Shown: positions 36,785-47,664, numbered from the whole stretch's first letter. The stretch: DNA of 58,579 nt, filler included, from Candidatus Desantisbacteria bacterium CG1_02_49_89 (GCA_001871075.1; 4 parts of 4 records of this genome joined end to end with filler, not necessarily neighbours in it), one strand, 5' to 3'. Translations and numbers: made by a program. The notes: a model not told the origin generated them from the sequence alone.

Positions 36785-39241
36785 ATGAACTGGTACGGAG
36801 TGCCGCCGATGCTGGTGGCGATGTGCATTCTGGTATACGGCATTCTAATCCTGAGGAGCAACAGGAGATCCCCTGTTATCCTGGCATTTTTTATGCTTGC
36901 GTTCGAGGGGTGCGTCTGGCTTTTTTCCGTTGCCTTGTCGTATGTGGCACCGGACGAATCGATCGCGCTCGTCTGGAACAGGAACGTTTATATCGGGCTC
37001 ATCTTGATACCGTCAACATTGTATCATTTCACCATAGAATACCTGGGCCTTAAAGAAAAGAGAAAAACGCTGTTTATCCCCTATACGATCTCGGGGGTTT
37101 ACCTGTGCCTTAGCAGGGGGCCAAATTTTATAACCGGCGTTAAAAAGAACTTATTCGGTTACTCCACCCAGGGCGGGTTGCTTTATTATCTGTTCATGGC
37201 ATTTTTCGCGGTAATGACGATCGTTTCGATCTCCTATCTTTACAGGGAACTGAAATCAGCCGAACCCGGTTCAATGAGGAAAACAAGGATCAAGTACATG
37301 TTTTCAAGCATTCTGGTCGCCGCGCTCGCAAGCGTTGATTTCCTGCCGGACTTCGGAGTGCAGATCTACCCATTCGGCTACCTGTTCATTTTCGCGTTCA
37401 TCATCATAAACGGTTACGCCATAGTCAAATACAGGCTGCTTGACATGGAAACCTTCCTGTATAGGTCCGCGGGGTTCCTTACAGTGTCGTTCCTGGCGGT
37501 TGCGCTGTACGCGGCCGCGTTCACCGCGCTGTATGAATATGTCGGCAGGTCCCTTAACCTGCCCCATGCCCTGATAACCGGGCTGCTTTTAATAGTATTG
37601 CTCTGGGTGTTCATACCTTTCAAGAACTGGGTATGGTCTTTGATGGACAAGGTGTTTTACAGGGAGAAATATCTATACCGCAAGACGATCGCGGATTTCA
37701 TGAAGCGGCTGAATGTGCTGATGGACCTGGACGAGCTCATCCCTATGATGGTGGAAACAATATCCCAGACCCTGAAACCCGACAAGGTTTCCATAATGAT
37801 CCTGGACGAAGCAGAAGGGGAATACGCGGTGAAGAGCCAGGTGGGGATGTCGAATCCCGCGGTGACCCTTGGCAGGGACGACTCTTTCGCCACGTGGATA
37901 TTTTCCCAGAGGAAACTGGTTGAAAAGGAAGGGCTTTCATCCGACCCGTGGTATTCCAAGATGCAGGAGGCCGGTATAGAAAAGTTCAGGGAACTGGAGG
38001 CGGAGATCTGCATACCGCTCATTGTCAGGAACCAGATGATAGGCATCATAAACCTCGGCAGAAAATCCTCAGGCGAATCCTACAAGAAGGAAGACATAGA
38101 ACTTCTGTCCGACCTGGGGGTGCAGTCAGCGATAGCGGTCAGCAACGCGATGAACTACAACCTGCTTAAAAAAAGGACCGACCAGCTCCGCCTCCTTTCA
38201 AAGCTGGGGCAGGAAATGGGCCAGACCCTGGAGCTGGGCGCCATGGGAAAAAGCATCATAGACAGGATAAAGGAACTCATGCGCACCCAGATAGTGGCGA
38301 TACTTTTAAAAGACGAGCAGACCGGTGAACTGTTTGTGAGCCAGGCCTCCGGCATTGACGAGGCGGCCGTGAAAGAGACCAGGATACGGCCGGGCGAGAA
38401 GATATCCGGATGGGTCGCCCAGCTCGCCCAGCCCGTTATCGTTGAAGACCTTGAAACCGACTCAAGGTTTTCAAAACGCATTCAGGAAAGGTATTACACG
38501 AAATCCCTTATAAGCGCGCCCCTTGTTGTCAAGGGCAAAGTCATAGGCGTGATCAACGTCAACGACAGCGAGAAGAAGAAGGCCTTCAGTTCCTACGACC
38601 TGGAGATCCTTACGGGTATCTGCAGCGAAACATCAGCGCTGGTGGAGAATGCCAGGCTTTACGCCTCAATGAAACAGGCATATCTGCGAACCCTGCAATC
38701 CCTGGCGGAAGCCCTTGACGCGAAAGACCAGTATACCTGCGGCCACTGCAGCCGCGTGCGCGATTACGCCCTTAAAATAGCAAGGGAAATGAGCCTTTCA
38801 CAGTCAGTGGTCGATTCGATAGCCACCGCCGCGGTCCTGCACGACATAGGCAAGATAGGGATAAGCGAATCAATACTTTCGAAGCCGTCAAAACTCACCG
38901 CGAAAGAATATGAGGAGATAAAGAAACACCCCGAGATGAGTGAGAAAATAACAAGGCCCATAGGGCTTCCGGAAAGCACCCTGATGATAATCAAGCACCA
39001 CCACGAGTGGTTCAACGGAAAGGGTTACCCGTCCGGGCTTGAGCACGAAAATATTCCGCTGGGCGCGAGGATCCTGAACATCGCGGACGCGTATGACGCG
39101 ATGACGTCGGACAGGCCGTACAGGAGCGCGCTCACAAAGGACGAGGCGATCGAGGAAATGAGAAGGTCCGCCCCGGACCAGTTTGACCCGGACATAGTGG
39201 ATGTTTTTATAAAAACGCTTGAGCATAAATCCGACAAGTAG
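36785..39241 (+). CDS. Membrane HD-GYP phosphodiesterase (7TM-type sensor, two GAF domains)
   Basis: Multi-TM N-terminus; two GAF-like units; KDQYTCGH, LHDIGK, HHEWFNGKGYP, ADAYDAM..DRPYR. Confidence 0.93.
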   Translation: MNWYGVPPMLVAMCILVYGILILRSNRRSPVILAFFMLAFEGCVWLFSVALSYVAPDESIALVWNRNVYIGLILIPSTLYHFTIEYLGLKEKRKTLFIPYTISGVYLCLSRGPNFITGVKKNLFGYSTQGGLLYYLFMAFFAVMTIVSISYLYRELKSAEPGSMRKTRIKYMFSSILVAALASVDFLPDFGVQIYPFGYLFIFAFIIINGYAIVKYRLLDMETFLYRSAGFLTVSFLAVALYAAAFTALYEYVGRSLNLPHALITGLLLIVLLWVFIPFKNWVWSLMDKVFYREKYLYRKTIADFMKRLNVLMDLDELIPMMVETISQTLKPDKVSIMILDEAEGEYAVKSQVGMSNPAVTLGRDDSFATWIFSQRKLVEKEGLSSDPWYSKMQEAGIEKFRELEAEICIPLIVRNQMIGIINLGRKSSGESYKKEDIELLSDLGVQSAIAVSNAMNYNLLKKRTDQLRLLSKLGQEMGQTLELGAMGKSIIDRIKELMRTQIVAILLKDEQTGELFVSQASGIDEAAVKETRIRPGEKISGWVAQLAQPVIVEDLETDSRFSKRIQERYYTKSLISAPLVVKGKVIGVINVNDSEKKKAFSSYDLEILTGICSETSALVENARLYASMKQAYLRTLQSLAEALDAKDQYTCGHCSRVRDYALKIAREMSLSQSVVDSIATAAVLHDIGKIGISESILSKPSKLTAKEYEEIKKHPEMSEKITRPIGLPESTLMIIKHHHEWFNGKGYPSGLEHENIPLGARILNIADAYDAMTSDRPYRSALTKDEAIEEMRRSAPDQFDPDIVDVFIKTLEHKSDK

Positions 39242-39470
39242 AAAACAGTCATTAATTCAAAATCGTGTCAACGTGTCAACGTATCAGAGTAACAAAGTTT
39301 ATAGAGTTTACAAAGTTTACATAGTTTACAGAGTCTAAATCTCAGGGAACTCAGTGGCTGATTTTAAAGCAGTTTACAGAATTTATAGAGTTTACAAGTT
39401 TACAAGGAAAAATTCGTGGTAATTCGTGGTAATTCGTGGTTAAAAAGTGGTTATTTTCGGGTGTTTGTGT

Positions 39471-39536
39471 TTTCCTCGCCCATCCTTACAGGTGGGCGAA
39501 GTCTCGCCCGCTGAAAGACGGGCGGAGTGTTTCCGT
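39471..39536. repeat. ~65-bp double-hairpin repeat, copy 2
   Basis: Near-identical to 26737-26802. Confidence 0.85.
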
Positions 39537-39548
39537 GGCAATCATTTT

Positions 39549-40439
39549 ATGAAAAGATTGTTGGTTATCCTTATTGGTCTTTCGCTCGTGTCTGCCGCAT
39601 GCGCGCAGGAGAAGAGCGTTTCCACCACCCTGCTCTGGTCCCTGCTCTTCCCCGGAGGCGGGCATTTCTATCTGGACCAGCCTAACGCAGGAAACGCGTA
39701 CCTGCTGACCGAGGGCCTGCTCCTGCTGGGCGGGCTAAGCGTTAACAGCAACCTTGTTGAGGGAGAATGGAATTTTTTCTACGTCAACGCCATCAAGATC
39801 TACGAGATGAGTATTTTCACTTCTTACAGAGAAGCACGTATCCTGAACGGAAACGCGGGATACAGCTCGCCTGTTGACAGCACTTCCGTAAAAGACCTGG
39901 TGCTGGCGCCCTTTAAGTGGGAAAACTTTTCAAGCCCCTATGTTTTCGGGTTCCTGATCGCCGGAGCCGGGCTTAACGCCCTGGAGGCGTCCCTGAACCC
40001 GGGCAGGAAATGCCACTCGGATATTTCAGAGATACGCATAATGGGCGCCGACCTTGACAGGGCCGGGGGTACCGCGGCTTACAGCGCGATGTGGATCACC
40101 TTAAGCCTTGACGCGGCGGTAAGCGAAGAGTGCGCTTACAGGGGGCTTTTCCAGGTTGAATGCGAAGAAGCCCTTGGGAAAACAGCCGGGCTTTTTACAT
40201 CAGCCGGCCTGTTCGGGCTGGGCCATGTTGTGAACTGGGCGGACGGGCAATCCTGGGCAAGCGGAGGGGTTGCCGCCCTTGCGGGGCTTTACCTGGGCTG
40301 GCTTTTCCGGCATGAGGGGTACAGGCTTGAAAAACCCATAGCGGCGCACTTCTGGTTCAATCTTGCCGCGGGCACGACCCTTTTCATAATGGACCCCGCG
40401 AACAATCCCATAGGCATAAGGGTGAATTTCAGCCTTTGA
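39549..40439 (+). CDS. CPBP (Abi/CAAX) intramembrane metalloprotease
   Basis: EECAYRG, FGLGH, AHFWFN; signal peptide at MKRLL. Confidence 0.85.
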   Translation: MKRLLVILIGLSLVSAACAQEKSVSTTLLWSLLFPGGGHFYLDQPNAGNAYLLTEGLLLLGGLSVNSNLVEGEWNFFYVNAIKIYEMSIFTSYREARILNGNAGYSSPVDSTSVKDLVLAPFKWENFSSPYVFGFLIAGAGLNALEASLNPGRKCHSDISEIRIMGADLDRAGGTAAYSAMWITLSLDAAVSEECAYRGLFQVECEEALGKTAGLFTSAGLFGLGHVVNWADGQSWASGGVAALAGLYLGWLFRHEGYRLEKPIAAHFWFNLAAGTTLFIMDPANNPIGIRVNFSL

Positions 40440-40493
40440 AGACATTTTAACCACACGATTGCACTCGATTTCCACAAGATTTTAGACTGGTTT

Positions 40494-40587
40494 GTCATTG
40501 CGAACCGAAGCCGCGAGCAAAGCGTGGCGGGCAGGCGAAGCAATCCGACGAAGTCGTTGCGAGCCGACTTGCGTTCCTCGCAATGAC
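40494..40587. repeat. GTCATTGCGA...TCGCAATGAC hairpin repeat
   Basis: Same family at ~2562-2593, 16055-16137, 49562-49710, 50865-50925 and 57894-57966. Confidence 0.85.
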
Positions 40588-40609
40588 ACAAAAAGGCAGT
40601 ACGGATATT

Positions 40610-41533
40610 ATGAATAAAAAAATGCTGCTGGTACTGATGGCTGTCGGTAACGCCCTTCCCTCAGTCTTTATAAAATATCTCAGTTCCCACTTTGACCCGT
40701 TCACCCAGAGTTTTTACAGGTTCCTGGCAGCGGGAGTTTTTTTTCTGATAATCGCTTTTATCTTTTTCAGGACCGAGCTGAAAGAAACCTGCGCCGACCG
40801 AAGGTCCATTTTTTTCATCATCCTTCTGACCCTGGTAAACCTGGGGTCGGTCGTGCTGTGGGTTACCGGTATTTACCTGGTCCCCGCAACGCTCGCGGAA
40901 CTGCTGAGCAAGCTGCAGGTGATCATAATAGTGGTCTTTTCATACCTGCTGTTCCGGGATGAACAGGAAGTGATCAGGTCCAGGTCTTTTTTTGCGGCGT
41001 CAATACTATGCATTGCCGGAGTAGCGGGCGTGATACTTGGGAAGGGCGCGCCTGTAACCGGTTATTCAAAAGGCGTGGTCCTGGTGATACTCGGATCTTT
41101 CCTGAGTTCTATTTACGCGCTCCTCGCGAAGAAGGCCCTTAACAGAACGCACCCGGTGGTCCTTTCAACGCTCAACGTCCTTCTGATGTCAGCCGGGTTC
41201 CTGCTTCTCGGGCTGTTCTGGGGCGACCCAGGCAGCATAACAAGGGCTGCGCCCGGTATTACGGTATTTATGCTTTTTTCTGGAGTTATAGGCGTGGGCT
41301 CAGGCGTGGGGCTTTATTTGCTGAACATCCGCAGCGCGGGAGTTGTGGTCACAAACATGGTGCTTCTCGTCACGCCCCTTTTCACGGCCATATTCGCGTT
41401 CCTTTCAATGGGCGAAAAGCTTACGCCCTGGCAGATGGTCTGGGGCGCGGTGCTTGTAACAGGCTGCTACATACTAATTAAGAGTCAGAGAGTCATAGTT
41501 AAAGATTCATTTCAAAAGTCAAAATGTCCCTAA
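40610..41533 (+). CDS. DMT/EamA family transporter
   Basis: About ten TM helices in two repeats; GEKLT motif. Confidence 0.9.
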   Translation: MNKKMLLVLMAVGNALPSVFIKYLSSHFDPFTQSFYRFLAAGVFFLIIAFIFFRTELKETCADRRSIFFIILLTLVNLGSVVLWVTGIYLVPATLAELLSKLQVIIIVVFSYLLFRDEQEVIRSRSFFAASILCIAGVAGVILGKGAPVTGYSKGVVLVILGSFLSSIYALLAKKALNRTHPVVLSTLNVLLMSAGFLLLGLFWGDPGSITRAAPGITVFMLFSGVIGVGSGVGLYLLNIRSAGVVVTNMVLLVTPLFTAIFAFLSMGEKLTPWQMVWGAVLVTGCYILIKSQRVIVKDSFQKSKCP

Positions 41534-41632
41534 GGGATCCCAGCGTCTAGTCCCGATAGCAATCGGGACTGCGGGGACAAATTGTCCCAAAGAGATTCCT
41601 TCGGAATAAAAGTCAAATTGTCTCAAAGAGAC

Positions 41633-42709
41633 ATGATGGAACACACGACCATATATAAGGACGAAAACCTATACTGCGCTTTCCCGGATATAGCGAAGCT
41701 TGAAAGCGGAGAACTGCTGGTGGCGTTCAGGGAGGCGCCGCGAAGAAAAACCATAAGCCACCACGACCCGCAATCCAGGGCGGTACTGGTCCGTTCAAAA
41801 GACAGCGGCAGGACCTGGGGAGAAAAAACCGCGATCTATGCCGACGAAGACGGGGTCCAGGACCCGTCAATAATGCAATTAAAAGACGGCGCGCTGCTGT
41901 CAAACTTTTTCAAGTGGCGGTTCAGGAAAAACAGGGAAGATCTGGAAGGATCCGGGCAGGTATATGACGTATCATCCCTTGGTTTTCCGGAAGGCGGGTG
42001 GACCGCGGATATCGGGACATTTGTTGTCCGTTCCGAAGACAGCGGGCGCACCTGGGACAAAATTCCCTCGCATTTTGAAATTGCCGGGCACAAAGCGATT
42101 TCCACTTCTTCACCCGCGCTGGAGCTCACCGGTGGCACAATATTACTACCGGTCTATTCCCAGCCTGTCACAAGCGGTTCTGAAATGACCAGGCCTTCGC
42201 CGTCTTTTGTGATGAGATCCCGCGATAAAGGGAAAACCTGGGCAGAGCCTGCCCTTATTGCCGAAGACCAGGAAGGAAAAGCCGCGCTTGAAGAACCGGC
42301 GCTTGTCCGGCTGAAAAGCGGGAAGATCATCTGCATGATGAGGGCGGATTCAGGCGGGGGTGATCTCCTGCGCCAGGCGGAATCTTCAGACAACGGAAAG
42401 ACCTGGGCAAAATTTTGGGAAACCCCGATCATGGGCCACCCTCCCCACCTGCTCCAGTTGACAGACGGCAGGATACTTTGCACGTACGGGTACCGCCACA
42501 AACCCTTCGGTATCAGGGCAAGCCTCAGCTCCGATGAAGGAAGAACATGGGACCTGAAGAACGAGATCATAATAAGGGATGACGGCATGCACACAGACCT
42601 GGGCTATCCAAGTTCAGCGGAGATCGGGCCGGGCAGGGTCCTTACGGCTTATTATTTTCACGACGAAAAAGGCACGCGTTTCATCGCCGGAACGTTTTTT
42701 AAAATATAA
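41633..42709 (+). CDS. Sialidase-family (BNR/Asp-box) beta-propeller protein
   Basis: Five SxDxGxTW Asp boxes; DLGYP. Confidence 0.88.
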   Translation: MMEHTTIYKDENLYCAFPDIAKLESGELLVAFREAPRRKTISHHDPQSRAVLVRSKDSGRTWGEKTAIYADEDGVQDPSIMQLKDGALLSNFFKWRFRKNREDLEGSGQVYDVSSLGFPEGGWTADIGTFVVRSEDSGRTWDKIPSHFEIAGHKAISTSSPALELTGGTILLPVYSQPVTSGSEMTRPSPSFVMRSRDKGKTWAEPALIAEDQEGKAALEEPALVRLKSGKIICMMRADSGGGDLLRQAESSDNGKTWAKFWETPIMGHPPHLLQLTDGRILCTYGYRHKPFGIRASLSSDEGRTWDLKNEIIIRDDGMHTDLGYPSSAEIGPGRVLTAYYFHDEKGTRFIAGTFFKI

Positions 42710-42732
42710 TTTTGACACAGATAGCCACCGAT

Positions 42733-42805
42733 ATCCCCCTGCAGCTGCTGCGCAGCTCAACGCAGGGACCTTCGGGTCAGAATCTTCGATCAATGACCCT
42801 ACGGC
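42733..42805 (+). repeat. Structured two-hairpin element, copy 3
   Basis: CCCTGCAG-CTGC-TGC-GCAG-CTCAACGCAGGGACCTTC-GGGTCA-loop-TGACCC-TACGG. Confidence 0.75.
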
Positions 42806-42919
42806 ACGGATTTATTTATGTAACTCAAACCTTCAGGTTTGATATCAGGGCTGAAGCCCTGAGTTACAACTTCTTTTCCTTACCTCAATCTCAATCTGAA
42901 GTTAATTGCAGGGGGAACA

Positions 42920-43798
42920 ATGGCGCAGAAAATAATAATCGACACGGATATCGGGGACGACATAGACGACGCGCTGGCTATCGCGCTTGCGCTTGGGTCC
43001 CCGGAACTGGACCTGATAGGCGTTACGACCGTGTACGGCAGGGTTGACCTGCGCACACGCCTTGCCCTGAAAGAACTGCAGGTATTCGGCAGGACTGATA
43101 TTCCCGTGGCAACCGGGATCGGGAAGCCGCTGAACAGGCCTGAAGACACCCACGTGCCCAGCCAGACCGAAATAGTAAAACAGGAGGAGAAACTCCAGCC
43201 CCAGGCGAAGCAGGGAGCCGTTGATTTTATTATCTCGGCTGCCCGGGCAGATCCCAAAAACGTGATCCTTGCGCCCATAGGGGCGCTCACGAACGTTGCG
43301 GCGGCGGTCTCAGCCGACCCGCGCCTTAAAGACAATTTAAAAAGCATCGTAATGATGGGCGGCGTCGCCGGCGAAAAAATAGCCGAATACAATATCGCCT
43401 GCGACCCTGAGGCCGCGGGCATTGTTTTCAGGTCCGGGATACCCGTTACCATGATAGGGCTTGACGTGACAATGAAGTGCAGGATGAAAAAAGAGGAAGT
43501 AGAAAAGATCGAGAAAAGCAAGAGCCCCGGGGCAAAACTCCTGGCGCAGCTTATCCATATCTGGCAGGGGGGCAACTCCGAGAATTTCCCGGTGCTCCAC
43601 GACCCCCTGGCGATCGCGGTGATATTTGACCCGTCCCTTGTAAAAACAGAGAAAATGGCGATCGAGGTTGATACCGGCTCAAGCCCGGAGCGTGGGTTTA
43701 CGAAGCCGGTTTCCGGCAGGCCTAACGCGGATGTCGCGCTTGAGGTGAACAGGGACAGGTTTGTCAAGATGTTTGTGGAGAGAATAGTGGGCGCATAA
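42920..43798 (+). CDS. Inosine/uridine-preferring nucleoside hydrolase
   Basis: DTDIGDDIDD, GALTN, MGG, EYNIACDPEAA, LHDP. Confidence 0.95.
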   Translation: MAQKIIIDTDIGDDIDDALAIALALGSPELDLIGVTTVYGRVDLRTRLALKELQVFGRTDIPVATGIGKPLNRPEDTHVPSQTEIVKQEEKLQPQAKQGAVDFIISAARADPKNVILAPIGALTNVAAAVSADPRLKDNLKSIVMMGGVAGEKIAEYNIACDPEAAGIVFRSGIPVTMIGLDVTMKCRMKKEEVEKIEKSKSPGAKLLAQLIHIWQGGNSENFPVLHDPLAIAVIFDPSLVKTEKMAIEVDTGSSPERGFTKPVSGRPNADVALEVNRDRFVKMFVERIVGA

Positions 43799-43868
43799 AT
43801 ACAAGTTAAAAGTCAAATTGCAAATTGTAAATTGCAAAAGTGAAAGATATACCAAAGAGGCATAGAGA

Positions 43869-45752
43869 TTGAAACGGGACCCGAAGACTGTTAATATTAA
43901 AAAATTCATTTTTCTTATTTCAATACTTTTTGTTTTCTGCGTTCCGCCGAATTCTGCGCAGGCGAAGGGAAACCTTGTCAGGACAGAGCATTTTTCCCCC
44001 CTGAGTTTCTGCCCGCACAGGGGTGAAACAACGGCGCTGGATTACCATATACTCAGGAATTCAGCCGTCGCGATAAAGATATCCAGCCTTTCAGGTCGAA
44101 GGGTCTTTGAATACAGGCAGGGATTCATCTTCGCCGGAAAATACAGCTTCGTGTGGGACGGGACCGACTCTTTTGAAAGGACGGTTGAGCCGGGTTTTTA
44201 CAAATGCGAGATAGCGGCTGTTTCATCCTCAGGCGATACCGCGTCTGATTACGCCGACGCGATAGTGCGCGTTATCATCCCCGGAGAATCCCTTGCCCCC
44301 AGGATAAGAGAAAAATTCAAAAACTGGTCGGTGAAGGTCAGAGGGTTTGTCAGGTACGTGACGGAAGCTGAAACAGGCCTTTCATTTGATCTCAACCACA
44401 GGGAGGTCCAGCTGGACCTTAAGGGAAGGCGCGGGGATGACTGGAGATACGGCGTAAGGTTCTTCCCGTTCTATTCAAGCGGGCAGCCGGACTGGAGCGA
44501 ATTCGTTGAAGCAAGCGCGGGATATTACGGAAGCAGGTTCAGCGTTGAGGCGGGTTACAGGAACCTTGTGGACGGCTACGCGGATCCCCTGCTGCTTTTC
44601 GCTTCCCCGGCGCTTGACAGGAGCAGGTTAAGCGTTCTTTCAAAAATAAACGCCGCCGAGTTCCTGGACCTTGACTGCGGGCTGCATTACATAACCGGTT
44701 CAAACGAACTTGGGCTGAACGCGAGGGGAAATTTCACGGTGAAGGATCTCAGGGCGGCCTGTTTCACGCTGAACTCCTTTACCGAGTCGCGCGCGAATAA
44801 CGTTCTGGCGGCAGAATGCGCGGTCCCGCTCGCGGGACCTACGGTCATATCCGCGGAAGCAGGCGTAAGCAGGACAGAGGCCAGGCCGGACTCGTCTTCA
44901 GCTGCCGTCGATTCGTTCGGTCTAGCGTTCCGGGCAGAGCTAAGGCACGATTTTAAGGCAGCGTCAGGGAACTTCGGCACCGCGAGCGTGCTTGTTGCCG
45001 GAGAGTACGTTGAGAAGGATTTCGCCTGCGACCTCGCGGCGCTCCCAAACGGCAGCGATAACTACGGCGCGGACATTATCCTGGGCTACACCAACAACCC
45101 CGGCCTGCCGTGGCTTGAAGACGCGAGAATTGAGGTGAGAAAGGCATATTTCAGGAACATGGCGAACAACCTGCAAAGGCAGAGGTTCAGGCCCACGGTG
45201 TCCGTGGATCTCGGCAGGCAGTTAAGGGTTCAGGTGCAATACGATTACCTTGGCGTCGAGGACATAACATCGGGGCACGACATACCCGTGTCCCGCTCAA
45301 GGAATTTCTTCAGCGAAGCCCGGTACGCCCCGGAGCAGGGCGGGTGGGATATATACTGCAGCTACGCGACCACGCTTAATACGGTAAGCCTGTACAGCGA
45401 ATATACCGTGACCAGGGCGGTGTGCGGTTACCGTTTCACAGTTCCTTTTTACGCGTACCTTGGTTACGACAAGGTGGCAAATTTTACCACTCCTGATCCC
45501 GTTACCTGGCGTAACTACAGCCTGATAACAGCCGGGTTCAGGTGGGATATTTCAGGCAAGTCGAAAACGCGGGCCGGGCTGCAGGCAGGCCTTGTCATTG
45601 ACAACCTCGCAGCAGGAGCCGCGAGGATGGTTTATTACGGCGAATTCTCGCACTGCGTGTTCAGGGGGTTAAGCCTGGGCCTGACCTACGGCACGCCCTC
45701 GGGAGCGGATGCAATTCAGAGGATATACGTCCAGGCGAAGTATGAGTTTTAA
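43869..45752 (+). CDS. Exported protein with N-terminal FlgD-like Ig domain and probable beta-barrel
   Basis: Signal peptide; FVWDGTD...PGFYK; amphipathic strands; C-terminal YVQAKYEF. Confidence 0.65.
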   Translation: MKRDPKTVNIKKFIFLISILFVFCVPPNSAQAKGNLVRTEHFSPLSFCPHRGETTALDYHILRNSAVAIKISSLSGRRVFEYRQGFIFAGKYSFVWDGTDSFERTVEPGFYKCEIAAVSSSGDTASDYADAIVRVIIPGESLAPRIREKFKNWSVKVRGFVRYVTEAETGLSFDLNHREVQLDLKGRRGDDWRYGVRFFPFYSSGQPDWSEFVEASAGYYGSRFSVEAGYRNLVDGYADPLLLFASPALDRSRLSVLSKINAAEFLDLDCGLHYITGSNELGLNARGNFTVKDLRAACFTLNSFTESRANNVLAAECAVPLAGPTVISAEAGVSRTEARPDSSSAAVDSFGLAFRAELRHDFKAASGNFGTASVLVAGEYVEKDFACDLAALPNGSDNYGADIILGYTNNPGLPWLEDARIEVRKAYFRNMANNLQRQRFRPTVSVDLGRQLRVQVQYDYLGVEDITSGHDIPVSRSRNFFSEARYAPEQGGWDIYCSYATTLNTVSLYSEYTVTRAVCGYRFTVPFYAYLGYDKVANFTTPDPVTWRNYSLITAGFRWDISGKSKTRAGLQAGLVIDNLAAGAARMVYYGEFSHCVFRGLSLGLTYGTPSGADAIQRIYVQAKYEF

Positions 45753-45969
45753 CGAAGAATGATTACAGTGATTATTAACTGATGATTACAGTGATTATTT
45801 TAATACATACAGTTAAAGATTGAAAGATAGACAGTTAAATTCGTGGAAATTCGTGTTAATCCGTGGTTGCAAAGACAGTCATTTGTAAAAGCCAAAGATT
45901 TCTCCGTGTCTCCGTGCCTCCGTGGTGATTTTTTCGTGCTTTCGTGCGACAGCCCCTGCGTTTAGTCCC

Positions 45970-46069
45970 NNNNNNNNNNNNNNNNNNNNNNNNNNNNNNN
46001 NNNNNNNNNNNNNTTAATTAATTAANNNNNNNNNNNNNNNNNNNNNNNNNNNNNNNNNNNNNNNNNNNN
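45970..46069. other. Artificial contig spacer
   Basis: N runs around TTAATTAATTAA. Confidence 0.98.
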
Positions 46070-47451
46070 CCGAAGAACGAATCCTTTGACCCGCCGAAAT
46101 GGAAGAAAGCCATAGGCGCCGCTACCCCGATATTTACTCCAAGGTTCCCGCAGCGCGCGCGGTACTTGAATTGCCTTGCCGCTGCCCCGCTCTGCGTGTA
46201 GATTGTCGCGGCATTCCCGTACCGGCTTTTATTTATTATTTCAAGCCCCTCGTCCATGTCCTTGACCTTCATTATGCACAAAACAGGGCCGAATACTTCT
46301 TCTTTTACTATTTCCATGTCCTTTTTGCAGTCAATAAGCACCGTAGGGCCCACCCAGAACCCGTTCGGGCAGCCGGGAACCTTGTATCCCCTTCCGTCCA
46401 GGACCGGTTTCGCTCCTTCCTTTATTCCCTTCTCTATCCATCCCTCAACGTTTTTCTTCGCTTCGGCTGATATTATGGGCCCCATATCGGTCTTCTTGTC
46501 AAGCCCGTTGCCCACCTTTACCTTTTTCGCGGTTTCAACCACGGCTTCAGTAACGCGCTTGTACATATCGTCGCCCACAGCGAGAATGCATGCAAGCGCG
46601 AGGCATCTCTGGCCCGTGCAGTCAAAAGAAGACGCTGTGATGTTCGGCACAACTCTTTCAAGCTTCGCGTCCGGCATCACTATCCCGTAATTCTTCGCTC
46701 CTGCCTGGACCTGCACCCTTTTACCGTTCTCGCTGGACTTTTTGTACACGTATTTTCCCACTGTTGTGGAACCCACAAAAGATATTCCTTTAATATTCGG
46801 GTGCTCCATAAGCGCGTCCCCGACGTCCGCTGAGCCGTTCACAAGGCCCAGCACGCCTTTGGGAAAACCCGCCTTGTTTATTAGTTCGAATGTCTTTTCC
46901 AGGGTCATCGGCACCTGCGAGGAGGATTTCACCACAACGCAGTTGCCGCATGCGACAGCGTAAGGCAGGGACCAGAAAGGGATCATTATGGGGAAGTTGA
47001 AAGGGTTAAGGCTCGCGAAAACCCCGAGGGGCTGGCGGACCGCGTATTCGTCTATGCCGCTGGCAACGTCCTCGAGCAGGTATCCCTGCATAAGGGACGG
47101 CGCCCCTGACGCGACCTCGATATTTTCTATCGCCCTTTCTATCTCAAGCCACGCCTCCTTGAAAGTTTTACCGTGCTCCTTTGTCATGACTTCAGCAAGC
47201 GCGTCGTGATTTTCTTCGACAAGCCATTTCAGCTTCATCAGCAGCCTGCCGCGCTCAAGCGGGGGAGTGCTCCTCCATCCCCAGAAAGCGTCGTCCGCGG
47301 ACTTGATCACCTGCTGGACCTCTTCTTTGGTGCTCATCGGCACTTTTGCCAGGATCTCGCCTGTAGCGGGGTTCAGCACGTCCCGGGTTTCCCCGCTCTT
47401 CGACTCGGCGAACTCCCCGTTCACGTAATTCCGTATCTTCCTTATCGTCAT
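46070..47451 (-). CDS. mmsA: CoA-acylating methylmalonate-semialdehyde dehydrogenase (3' end lost at gap)
   Basis: PFNFPIMIP, FVGST, GAKN, GQRCLA, EEVFGPV, APMAFFHFGGSKDSFF. Confidence 0.93.
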
Positions 47452-47558
47452 TTGCCCTCCAATGAATGATCGCAGTGATTATTTAATCCCCCTACTTCCC
47501 CCTTTATAAAAGGGGGATTGAGGGGGATTTAACGTTCAACTTTCAACTTTTAACCTTT

Positions 47559-47630
47559 CGAAGAGCCATCAGCCTCGTTCTGGCTCGCAGATCCCTGTGT
47601 TAAGCCCCGATTTATCGGGGCTACAGGGAT
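47559..47630 (-). repeat. Structured two-hairpin element, copy 2
   Basis: ATCCCTGTAG-CCCCGAT-AA-ATCGGGG-CTTAACACAGGGATCTGC-GAGCCA-loop-TGGCTC-TTCG. Confidence 0.8.
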
Positions 47631-47664
47631 AACCTTTTTAACCCTTTTAACCTTTTTAACCTCT

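Noticed and set aside
16244-46069. TTAATTAATTAA motif repeated three times, and ORFs ending in X runs
   Set aside because: Artificial contig linker inside N runs; not biological.
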